Positions 40,127 to 48,747 of a stretch of 64,000 bases of DNA are shown here, piece after piece. A program made the position numbers and the translations under genes. The notes beneath the pieces were generated by a model. That model had not been told where the DNA came from. It saw nothing but the letters and a program-made list of their open reading frames with translations, and made no database searches. Every line of letters starts with the position of its first letter. Position 1 is the first letter of the stretch. The DNA is from a candidate division FCPU426 bacterium (GTDB taxonomy: Bacteria; Oederibacteriota; Muellerivitia; Muellerivitales; Muellerivitaceae): the NCBI GenBank assembly GCA_963719085.1, contig CAVRAL010000004.1, positions 128,001 to 192,000 of the forward strand, read 5' to 3'.

Positions 40127-41247
40127 GCCAGTTTCAATTGTCTCTCAACGGCGGCCAGCATGTCTTTTTCTTCCAGGTTGTCCATACAGGAAATTTTTTG
40201 GGTGCACTGGTTTTGGTAATAGCATTGGCAGGGCTTGCGGGGCAGCACTTTTTCGCCCCGGCCATAGAGGTCGATTTCCACGTCGGACGTGGGGCCGAAA
40301 TAGGCCACCGTTCTTTTTTCCAGAGCGATGGCCACGTGCAGGGCCAGGGTATCCCCGGTCACCATCACGTCCGCCAAACCCACCAGCGAGGCGAATTGGC
40401 GCAGGGTGTTTTCCGTCCCCGTGGGCAGGACCAAACCCTTGAGTTCTTTCGAGAGCGCGGGCATCAGTTCCCGCTCTTCCGGCCCGCCGTAAAGCAGAAT
40501 GCCCACCTTGGGATATTTCTTTTTCAGGGCTTTGGCCAGCCAAGCGAAACCGTCCAGGCGCCATCGCTTCATGGGCCAGCGGCCGCCGGAGCCGATGTTG
40601 AAACCCACGATTTTTTTGAATTTGGACAACTTATTCTTTTGGGCGAATTCCTTGGCCCAAGCCAACTCTTTATTGGTCAAAGCCAATTGCGGCTCTTCGC
40701 CCTGGTAGGTGAGCCCGGCGAGTTTGAAAAGATGGGATTGATAGGTCTTTTGGTTGGCCCGCTTCACCGTATCGAACAAGCCCATCTCGAACCATTCCTC
40801 GCCCGTGGGTTCCAAAGGCACCACCGACCCTTCGGGAGACAATCCAAAACCCTTTTTCACCGAGCTGTTGGCGACGGCCAAAATGGCGGCGGCTTTGCGG
40901 CTCATGTCAAAATTATAGGCGCGCTTGAAAGTCACCGAAGCCAAGGTGACCGGCAGAATCGCGTCCACGCCCAGCAGCACGTCGATATAGGGGTTTTTTT
41001 CTAAAAGCGGTTTCGAGGAATTTTCGGTGACCCACCAAATGGAAAGCCCCGGGTTGTTTTGTTTATAAGCCGGCAAGATGGAGGTGGAGCGCAAAACGTC
41101 GCCCGCCGCGTCCAGTTTGACGATCAGAAGCCGCTCCTGGACCTGGTCGTAACGGGGACAACCGTCGCACACCACTCCTTCCTGCTTATGGGGCAGGCAG
41201 GGTTTTTCACCCGTGAAGTGGCGGCAATCTTGATGATAAATGAGCAT
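40123..41247 (-). CDS. Glycosyltransferase family 9 with Cys-rich N- and C-termini
   Basis: KLDAAGDVLRS, GGRWPMKRW, GDTLALH, FGPT; DCRHF...PC...CDGC and CQC...C...C. Confidence 0.88.
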   Translation of the reverse strand: MLIYHQDCRHFTGEKPCLPHKQEGVVCDGCPRYDQVQERLLIVKLDAAGDVLRSTSILPAYKQNNPGLSIWWVTENSSKPLLEKNPYIDVLLGVDAILPVTLASVTFKRAYNFDMSRKAAAILAVANSSVKKGFGLSPEGSVVPLEPTGEEWFEMGLFDTVKRANQKTYQSHLFKLAGLTYQGEEPQLALTNKELAWAKEFAQKNKLSKFKKIVGFNIGSGGRWPMKRWRLDGFAWLAKALKKKYPKVGILLYGGPEERELMPALSKELKGLVLPTGTENTLRQFASLVGLADVMVTGDTLALHVAIALEKRTVAYFGPTSDVEIDLYGRGEKVLPRKPCQCYYQNQCTQKISCMDNLEEKDMLAAVERQLKLA

Positions 41248-41397
41248 TCAGGTCCCAAAAAGAACGGCCGCGTTGAGAGAAAACGGCCTTTTTGAAAAAT
41301 CAAACCGCGCCGGACAAGATATCACTTTCATTCCCCACCGACCAGCGGGATTTGAGAATGGGCGCGGCGCATGGGTTTTTAAGCGGTGAAACGAATC

Positions 41398-42381
41398 TTA
41401 ATGACCCGCCGACACAGGCACCGGATGATAAAAGTCCACTTCCCCGCCCTTGAGGCAGGCTAAGTCGCCGCTGGGCAAAACAGTCAAAGCCCGGACGCCG
41501 TCGATGTCTTGTCCCTTTTGGGCCGCGTTGGCCAGCGTCCCGATATATTTTCCCATCGGGTTGAAAATCTTCACGAGCCCCGTGTCCCGGAGCGCGGCGT
41601 AAATATTTCCTTGGGCGTCCAAGGCCACATCGTTCACCGGCAGGCTCTCGTCATCCTGAACGCATTTTCCCTGGGCGTCCAAAACCTTTAAGCCATGCTC
41701 GTTGGCCACATAAATGCGCCCTTGCGCGTCGACCGCGATCGCGACGGGGTTCGATAATTTTTCTTTGCCGCCCGCCCCGTCCCAAGCGCCCAAAATTTCA
41801 CCCGAAGGGGAAATCTTCACAACCCGGTGGGTGCCCGTATCGGCCACGATGTAATTGCCGTTCACCCAGCCAAGGCCGCGGGGCCCGAACATGCCCTTGT
41901 TGCCCATGTCCAAAATTCCGGTTGGTTTGCCGGTGGCCACGTTGAAATTGCGGATCATGGCGTTCCAAGTGTCTATCACGTAAAGGCTGTTGGCGCCGTC
42001 GGTGGCCATGCAGGAAATTTCCTTGAAGTCGGGTTTGCCCGCCGCCTTGGTGTCAATCATGCGCTGGTAATGGCCTTGAAGATCGAAGATCAGGATTCTT
42101 TCACGGGGTTGGTCGGTCAAAGCGATCCAATTGGGACCGGACTTGATGTCCCAAGGAGCGAAGATTCCGCAGGCTTGATCATCACCCTTAAAAGAGCCGG
42201 TCAGCTGGGCCGGATAGTCCCGGGGAATATTAATTTGGCCCTTCATGAAAAACACCGCTTCGCCGCAAAACAAGACGGCGATGAAGAGCACGATCATGAT
42301 TCCGATGGCTTTTCTTTTTTGCGCCGTGGACTTGGAAACCGGCTTGGCTTTCTTTTGGGTTTTCTTGGCGGCTTTAGGCAA
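41398..42381 (-). CDS. Membrane-anchored NHL-repeat beta-propeller protein
   Basis: TTG start with AGGAG; one TM helix; VIDTWN, FGPRGL, VADTGTHRV, NPVAIAVD..G.IYV. Confidence 0.82.
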   Translation of the reverse strand: MPKAAKKTQKKAKPVSKSTAQKRKAIGIMIVLFIAVLFCGEAVFFMKGQINIPRDYPAQLTGSFKGDDQACGIFAPWDIKSGPNWIALTDQPRERILIFDLQGHYQRMIDTKAAGKPDFKEISCMATDGANSLYVIDTWNAMIRNFNVATGKPTGILDMGNKGMFGPRGLGWVNGNYIVADTGTHRVVKISPSGEILGAWDGAGGKEKLSNPVAIAVDAQGRIYVANEHGLKVLDAQGKCVQDDESLPVNDVALDAQGNIYAALRDTGLVKIFNPMGKYIGTLANAAQKGQDIDGVRALTVLPSGDLACLKGGEVDFYHPVPVSAGH

Positions 42382-42528
42382 ATGTGGCTCCTCAACGGGT
42401 ATTTATAAAACGTGGGGGTTCAAGATAACATCCGCTGTTCTTTCTGCCAATGAGGAATGAGGGGTTCCGCGGGATCCAAGAAACGCCATTGGTTTAAAAA
42501 GGCTTAAAAACTAGTCTTTTTAAAAGCC

Positions 42529-42753
42529 CTATTGGCCAAGCGGGACGATGGATAAGGCGCCCGAAGGGCACTTCCCGACTTGATCTTTTATTTCCTCAGT
42601 CGTGGCGGCCATCGGCTCAATCCAAGGCCGCTTGGCCGGGTTGAAGACTTGGGGCAAGCCTTGGGCACAGTACCCGCAATGGATGCAAAGCCCCGATTGC
42701 CAAAGCACGTTGATCTCGCCGTTGGAGTAATGTTTTTTCACGTGGCGATCCAT
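42529..42753 (-). CDS. YjdI-like (4Fe-4S)-binding small protein (Fer4_19)
   Basis: CIHCGYC...LPQVF.P.KRPWI...CPSGAL; GGAGG RBS. Confidence 0.88.
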   Translation of the reverse strand: MDRHVKKHYSNGEINVLWQSGLCIHCGYCAQGLPQVFNPAKRPWIEPMAATTEEIKDQVGKCPSGALSIVPLGQ

Positions 42754-42870
42754 TGAATACCTCCCAGGGGCCAGAAATGAATTCTTAATAGCTCGTGAAA
42801 TTCAGGCCGTCGCGTCTGTCGCGGGCATTCAATTCAAATCACAAACCGCCAGAACCAGCGGGCCGCGATT

Positions 42871-43884
42871 TTACGGTTCGAGCTGCCCGCTGCTGGTCGA
42901 TATGACGTAGCCACCCGAACTAGTCGTAGGCCCCTTAACGACATTATCGTTCTCCTTGATCTCAGTGACGATCGACCCACTTTCATTTTTATTTTGAGCT
43001 GAAATATAAAAAAACATGGAACTTAATTGATCAGATGGGATGTAATAAACCTGGGACCAGGGCAAAGATACCCCGCTTTCCTGGGTGGTGTTCCCCTTGT
43101 CATCCCGATAGGTCAAGTCCGCGCTATCACAACCGTCATATCCCTCAACCACATATTCACACTTAACATCTGTCGTTTGATTATCGATTGCCGTTTTTTT
43201 AACCGCGCTCGCGTTCCCCATCATCAATTTATTTTTCGAGGCCTCGTCCCCGGCCATTTTTTTATCGAGGGTATCCATGAAGTTAGCGGCGATCCACCGG
43301 AGGGTCCATCTCTGCTCCTGGGTGAGGTCGAATTGGTCCGTGCAAACGGCGACGTGGACATTATCGGCTTTGGCTAGATCCGCCAGTTGTTGCCCGCTCA
43401 AAGTAACCGTGATGAATTCATTGAGGGATCCATCCGAATTTTTCTTACTTTGGTATTCCGAGGGAAGGTCTCCCAAATCTTGGCTCCCGATGGTCACCGC
43501 CACATCCTTACAATCAGCGTAGCGGCCCGCGCCATCCGTGCTGTCCCAAAAAATCAGGAATCCGTGAGGAGGATTTTTAACAGTCGGGTGGTCGGGAACC
43601 AACGCTAAAATCCGCAAGTTTTCCTTGAAAGTATTGTCGCCCACATTATCAGGGGAATATTGAAGGAGCATCTCCGAGTCCACTTGGTCCCGTTTGATGT
43701 TGGTCAGTTTATTTCCAGCATCATGCTGGACCACGAACAAGTTCGATTTCACGTGATCCGCCACAAAGTCCTCATAGCTTGCGAACTTACCCGTTGAACC
43801 GCCAGTTTGGGCGAAAAGGGAGTGGGAGAAGGAAAATAACAGGGCAACGAAAAAGACCGAAGATCTAGTCATAAATATTTTCAT
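42871..43884 (-). CDS. Hypothetical secreted two-domain protein
   Basis: Signal peptide (SLFA|Q); acidic; C-terminal YVVEG...DLTY...VSLPWS beta domain. Confidence 0.6.
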   Translation of the reverse strand: MKIFMTRSSVFFVALLFSFSHSLFAQTGGSTGKFASYEDFVADHVKSNLFVVQHDAGNKLTNIKRDQVDSEMLLQYSPDNVGDNTFKENLRILALVPDHPTVKNPPHGFLIFWDSTDGAGRYADCKDVAVTIGSQDLGDLPSEYQSKKNSDGSLNEFITVTLSGQQLADLAKADNVHVAVCTDQFDLTQEQRWTLRWIAANFMDTLDKKMAGDEASKNKLMMGNASAVKKTAIDNQTTDVKCEYVVEGYDGCDSADLTYRDDKGNTTQESGVSLPWSQVYYIPSDQLSSMFFYISAQNKNESGSIVTEIKENDNVVKGPTTSSGGYVISTSSGQLEP

Positions 43885-43939
43885 GTTTTACCTTTCCAAT
43901 ACTAGCGAGCGATCAAATACGCTCCCTATTGTATCCAGC

Positions 43940-45811
43940 CTATCCTCGCTTTTTAATCTTTTGTTTCTTCCCCATCACATGCCAAAGGCCATAAGCTAAG
44001 AACCCCGCGCAGGTGGCGAAGGCTTCGCCGGTGGCGGCTTCTCCGCTGTTCTCATCCACCGACTCGCAAGCCAGGCCGTTGTCCATGGAGGCGCGCTTAA
44101 TAAAGGAAAGCGCCCGGTCTTTGTGCCCGGACAAGAGGCTGTTCACGGCGGCCAAGACCCAAGGGTGCGAGGCGTGGCGGCAGCCCACTTCCTCGAAGGG
44201 TTTGCCCGCGTAGGAATAAAGATATTCCGGGGAATGGACCCAATCCCGGGTCTTTTTCCAGGGCGGATAAGTGGCTTTGCAAAAACCCCAGTGGGGCAAA
44301 AGCAAAAGACTGCCGGGCGGCTCATCATATAAGAGGAAACTTTTGTTCAAATCCACCGACCAGGCGAACTGGCGGCCCTTGGGGCCCTTCACCAGGCATT
44401 TGCGCAAGATAGCCTTGCGGGTTTCTTCCGCCAGCGCCCGCAGGCGCCAAAAGGCTTTTTTGTCTTTTTGGTGTTTTCGGATTTCAGAAAGATCAAGCAG
44501 TGCCCGCCAAACCAATACGTTGTCATAGGTCACATAGCGCTGGGGCCAGGGATCATCGGAAGGCAAAAGCCAGGTCTCGTATAGGGCAACCTTAGGATTG
44601 CGTTTGGTCGCCAGGACCTTCTCAAACCGGACCAGGGATTCTTGAAACTCAGGCTTATCTAATAGGGAGAAATCCTTGGTGGCATCAATATATTGCTTTA
44701 AGGCGATCACCGGCGCGCAAAGCTCATCCAGCTCAAAACCCGGTTCCAAAACCGCGCCCGAAAGATAGCGGCTGTGGGTGCCAAAATTATTTCCCTGCCG
44801 GCGAAAGATGGCCGTCAGGGTTTTTTGGGCCCATTCGGGGTCCTGCGCCAAAAGCGCCGGAAAGGACCAAAGCAAGGCATCCCGGTCCCAATAGGCTCCG
44901 CTCACGTAATAACGGGGGCTTCGGGAAGTCATCGAAACCACTTCTTCGGTATCCATGGCGAGACCGGTCGAATAAAAGCGGTTGAAGAAGGCGTTTAAAT
45001 TAAGGATCGGATCCAGTTCTTTATCTTTGGTTTCCAGCCGCCTTGCCTGGAGCCATTTGCGGTTTTGATCCCGCAAAACCGCGCCGCCCGCCCTTTGCAT
45101 TTCCCGGGCGGAGGCGAAAGCGCCGATTTCATCCGGGCCCAAGCCAAAATAAAAGAAGGTTTCCCAGAACTGGTTGGATTTGATGTCCCGCGATTGAAGC
45201 CACTGCAGGGTCAGGATGTCGTCCTCGGGCACCGGCGTTTCCCGGCCCACGGGTGAGAGGGCTTTTCGGCCCAAACGGTAAAAAAAGCGGCTGGACTTAT
45301 CCGGTGGATAAAGCGCCAAGGCGGCCAGGGGCTGGGGCGCGCGCCATTCAAAAACCGGAGTGCCTTCCCAGCTTTTGGAAACCAAAACCCTCTGGCCCTT
45401 GAGCGGCTTGGTCAGGTTCACGCTGTGAAGCATCTCGCCCCAGGCCGTCTCGGCCCCCACCACGCAGTAAACGGATTTTTCCGAGAGATTTTTGACCTTT
45501 ATCGAAAGCACAAAGCCCCGCTCGCCCACGGGGCAAAAATAGCTTCCTTCCATCTCCACTTGCTCGTTTTTAAAATGAAAGTGCGGCATCCAATCCGCGT
45601 CCCGGTCCCAGACCAGTTGACCCAAGAAAAGAACCTCGGAATCATCCAGGAACAGGCGGGGCGTGACGAGCGGTTGGGCCTTCCCTGAAAAGGAAAGCAA
45701 CCCGTTGAGCCCCATGTGGGCCACGTTCAAATTCTCAAGGGTGGCGTCTTCTTCGTTCAGGGTCGGCAGGGAAACATATTCATTTCCCGTCGGCTGGTAT
45801 TTTTTTTTCAT
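43940..45811 (-). CDS. GH125-like metal-independent alpha-mannosidase
   Basis: YWDRD, FELDELC, LPSDDP, YDNV, DEPPGSLL, ACESVD, FATCAG (alpha/alpha)6 motifs. Confidence 0.72.
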   Translation of the reverse strand: MKKKYQPTGNEYVSLPTLNEEDATLENLNVAHMGLNGLLSFSGKAQPLVTPRLFLDDSEVLFLGQLVWDRDADWMPHFHFKNEQVEMEGSYFCPVGERGFVLSIKVKNLSEKSVYCVVGAETAWGEMLHSVNLTKPLKGQRVLVSKSWEGTPVFEWRAPQPLAALALYPPDKSSRFFYRLGRKALSPVGRETPVPEDDILTLQWLQSRDIKSNQFWETFFYFGLGPDEIGAFASAREMQRAGGAVLRDQNRKWLQARRLETKDKELDPILNLNAFFNRFYSTGLAMDTEEVVSMTSRSPRYYVSGAYWDRDALLWSFPALLAQDPEWAQKTLTAIFRRQGNNFGTHSRYLSGAVLEPGFELDELCAPVIALKQYIDATKDFSLLDKPEFQESLVRFEKVLATKRNPKVALYETWLLPSDDPWPQRYVTYDNVLVWRALLDLSEIRKHQKDKKAFWRLRALAEETRKAILRKCLVKGPKGRQFAWSVDLNKSFLLYDEPPGSLLLLPHWGFCKATYPPWKKTRDWVHSPEYLYSYAGKPFEEVGCRHASHPWVLAAVNSLLSGHKDRALSFIKRASMDNGLACESVDENSGEAATGEAFATCAGFLAYGLWHVMGKKQKIKKRG

Positions 45812-45884
45812 TCCCTATTCCAGAAAATAAGTTGAAGTTTCAAAAGCCCGCCCCACAACGCTCAAAAAGCCAAAGAATCTTTTG

Positions 45885-45958
45885 CAATGATCAATGCCGA
45901 TGAATGCGGATTACAGGATCAAAAATTTCATGTTTTTTAAATCAGCCTTTATCGGCTT
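45885..45958. repeat. GAT-periodic (10-bp) inverted-repeat element
   Basis: caatgatcaatgccgatgaa is 19/20 identical to 20302-20321; right arm atcagcctttatcggc. Confidence 0.65.
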
Positions 45959-45960
45959 TG

Positions 45961-48009
45961 CTAAGGATGATAACCGCCGCTTTTGACCAAATAATCGAGA
46001 TTCGACCGGGCCTGGGGATAGTTGGGGTCCAAGGCCAGTACCCGGCTAAAATAACCGCCCGCCCTTTGGGTTTGACCCAGATAAAAGGCCGCGATCGCCG
46101 CGTTGAAATAGGCTTCTTTGTAACGGGGATTCAGGTCCCAGGCCTTCTGGTAATAATCCAAGGCTTCCTGGTTCCGGCCCAAATGCACCAGCGCGTTGCC
46201 CACATTGTAAGCGTACTTGGGTTCGAGCGGGTACCATTCCTGGGCCCAGGCGTAATCCCGAAAGGCGCGGCCATAGGCCTCCTGGGCCTTTAAATAATAA
46301 GCGGCGGCCTTTTTATCTTTGGCCTGGGCCCTGAAATCATCGCCCTGATTTTCCGCGGTTAAGCCCAGCGCGTTTCGCTTGAAGGCGTAATTACTAAAGA
46401 AAAACAGGGCCGTCCTTTCATCCACCGGATTTTCGGGCGGCCGGTTGCGAAGCCGAAGGCGATTCCAGGCTTCCATTTGTTGGGCGTCGGTTAAAAGCGA
46501 CACCGGCCCTTCGCGGTTCACCCGGTTGACGATTCCCTCGGGCGCCAAAGCCGCTCCCGGCAGGATGCGCGGGTCCAAGTCCTCGAAGCTTAAGTAAAAA
46601 GGATGATCGGTATTTTTTTCCGCCATCCAACTCATCAAGGTGGGGATCGATTCAAGCCCCAATCTTTCATCCGTCAGGGGAACGTGTAAATCCGGGTGGG
46701 ATTTGGCCAAGTCGCGCCTAATCCAATCCATCGGCAATCCGTCCACCCCGACGAAAGCCAAGTCCGGACGCTTTTTTTCGACCCATTGAAAATACCAGGC
46801 GGGAAAAACCAAGCCATCGCCCTTCGCGTAATAAAGCGAGCCCTTGGGAAGTTCCTGAAAAGCGTTAAGTCCGTAATCATAGGCGTAGGTGTAGTGGGTT
46901 TGACGGTCCCGTAGATCCCGGAAAATTCCGAGACCTAACAAAACCAGGGCCAGGGCCAAGAAAATCAAAAGTTTCCCCTGGAGTCTTTGGAAAACGGCTT
47001 TCAGCGCGAAAGCCGTGAAGACAAGAATCAGGGTCTGGCCGGCTAAAGCGTATTCCCCCAAAAGATAAAAGCGGGCCGCAGGCAAATTAAGATAGAGCGA
47101 CAGAACGACCCATAAGGATAACCATCCGGCCAATAATCCCCGGACCATCTTTGGCTCATTCTTCCAAGCGATAAAGGCGCCCGCGAGTGCCGCCAAAAAA
47201 AGTCCCGGCCATTCCATGAAATAGCGTTTCAATAAATCAAAGGCCTGCGCGGCCCAATTCAACGCGCCTCCATTGTGCTCGGCGCCGCCATATTCCGCCC
47301 GGGTCAAGTGAAACCAAAAAGAACTGAGGGAACCCGGCTCTCCCCAATTTAAAAGCGGTGAATGGACCGCGCGGAGCGGAAGAAATAAATAGAGGGACAG
47401 GCTTAAAACACCCGCCACGAATCCCAGCCAAAGTTTGGCCCTGGTTCCCCCGCCTTGGGCCTGGTCCCGCGCGAAGAGGAAAATCCCCGGCGCCAAAACC
47501 AAAAGGGTCATCCAATGGTTGGCCAAGGAAAGCCCGAAAAGAAACCCCGCCATCTCCCACTTCACTTCCACCAAGGCCAAAAGAATCCCCAGAATGAGCG
47601 CGGCGGTAAGTTGGTAAAGACCGGTCTTAGCGCTCAAAGCGCCCGGATAGGCGCTGGCCCCGGTCACCCAAAAAAGCGCCAGGACAAAGGCCCAGCTTTC
47701 GGGAAGCTTCACCCACTTTTGAAATAGTTGGAAAAGAAGCACGCAGTTGAGGGCGGCCAACAGGGCTGAAAGCAGGTTGACCCGAAAGCCGAATCCGCCC
47801 AGGGGCAAAAAAGAAAGGAAATGGCCGAGCAGGGTGAAAAAGGGATAACCGGGCGGATGGGCGACGCCTAAAAGGACCGCCGCCGTGATGGTTTCGGCGC
47901 TGTCATCGGCGTAAAAGCCGGGATTGACGCCCGTCAAAAGAAAAAGAAAGGCGGCCAAAAATAAAAGCGGGTTCCGGAAAGTTTCCCAACAGCCGGAAAA
48001 AGAGGGCAA
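45961..48009 (-). CDS. DUF2723/TMEM260-like GT-C protein with C-terminal TPR repeats
   Basis: DDSAE...LGVAHPPGYP, FRVNLLS, GLSLANH, YLFLPLR...PLLNWG, GDG..FP.WY.Q.VE..RPD; three TPRs. Confidence 0.85.
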   Translation of the reverse strand: MPSFSGCWETFRNPLLFLAAFLFLLTGVNPGFYADDSAETITAAVLLGVAHPPGYPFFTLLGHFLSFLPLGGFGFRVNLLSALLAALNCVLLFQLFQKWVKLPESWAFVLALFWVTGASAYPGALSAKTGLYQLTAALILGILLALVEVKWEMAGFLFGLSLANHWMTLLVLAPGIFLFARDQAQGGGTRAKLWLGFVAGVLSLSLYLFLPLRAVHSPLLNWGEPGSLSSFWFHLTRAEYGGAEHNGGALNWAAQAFDLLKRYFMEWPGLFLAALAGAFIAWKNEPKMVRGLLAGWLSLWVVLSLYLNLPAARFYLLGEYALAGQTLILVFTAFALKAVFQRLQGKLLIFLALALVLLGLGIFRDLRDRQTHYTYAYDYGLNAFQELPKGSLYYAKGDGLVFPAWYFQWVEKKRPDLAFVGVDGLPMDWIRRDLAKSHPDLHVPLTDERLGLESIPTLMSWMAEKNTDHPFYLSFEDLDPRILPGAALAPEGIVNRVNREGPVSLLTDAQQMEAWNRLRLRNRPPENPVDERTALFFFSNYAFKRNALGLTAENQGDDFRAQAKDKKAAAYYLKAQEAYGRAFRDYAWAQEWYPLEPKYAYNVGNALVHLGRNQEALDYYQKAWDLNPRYKEAYFNAAIAAFYLGQTQRAGGYFSRVLALDPNYPQARSNLDYLVKSGGYHP

Positions 48010-48022
48010 AGGACCTCTTGTC

Positions 48023-48559
48023 TTATTCGGCCAGCAAATAAAGCCGGTTGTCCTCGACCCGGTAGATCATGGGCGCGATCAATATCTTGGGATAGCGGGC
48101 CCGCAGGCGGTTGGCCTCGCTGAGCGTGAAGGTTTCCTCGTCGCCGATCTCGGAGTTCGCGACGTTCTGCTCAAAATGCACGGCGGCGGCTTCCCGGGTC
48201 CACCCGGCCTCAATCAAACCTTCGATAAACTTTTCGCGCTTCGTCGGCAGTTTCACCATGCCGCACTGGGTGTGACCGATGAGCGCCATGGCCCGCACCC
48301 CGCCCACGGCTACCGCGAAGGAAATCTTAAACTCGCTGGTGCGCATATTGGCGCCGGCGGCCCGGATGATGAAGGCGAACAGGTCGGGGGCGTTCAAATG
48401 CTTGCGGTTGTCCATGCACATGCCGATGAGAAGCTCGGCTTTGGGATAAACCTCAAAAGGCCGGCCCAGGTTGTGGTATTCCAAAAAGCGTCCCACCGGC
48501 GTGTCCCGGTATTGGGGAAAAATATCGGCGGCTTGGTTGACGGGCACGAGTCGGCTCAT
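48023..48559 (-). CDS. Beta-class carbonic anhydrase-like protein
   Basis: CMDNR and GHTQCG zinc ligands. Confidence 0.8.
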   Translation of the reverse strand: MSRLVPVNQAADIFPQYRDTPVGRFLEYHNLGRPFEVYPKAELLIGMCMDNRKHLNAPDLFAFIIRAAGANMRTSEFKISFAVAVGGVRAMALIGHTQCGMVKLPTKREKFIEGLIEAGWTREAAAVHFEQNVANSEIGDEETFTLSEANRLRARYPKILIAPMIYRVEDNRLYLLAE

Positions 48560-48597
48560 GATTTCCTGCTTTTATTTAAATTTCAAAAGACATTTTT

Positions 48598-48680
48598 ACA
48601 CTGATGCACGCGGATAAACACCGATAAGGCCTAAACTTTTTTGAAAGAAGTCACAAAGAATCAGCGTTCATCGGCGTCCA
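48598..48680. repeat. GAT-periodic (10-bp) inverted-repeat element
   Basis: acactgatgc-acgcggataa-acaccgataa versus atcagcgttc-atcggcgtcc. Confidence 0.6.
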
Positions 48681-48747
48681 CCATTGCTAATTGCCTTTGA
48701 TTTCGGTGAGTGATTTTAACAAAAAGCGGGGGCTGAAGGAACGGCTT

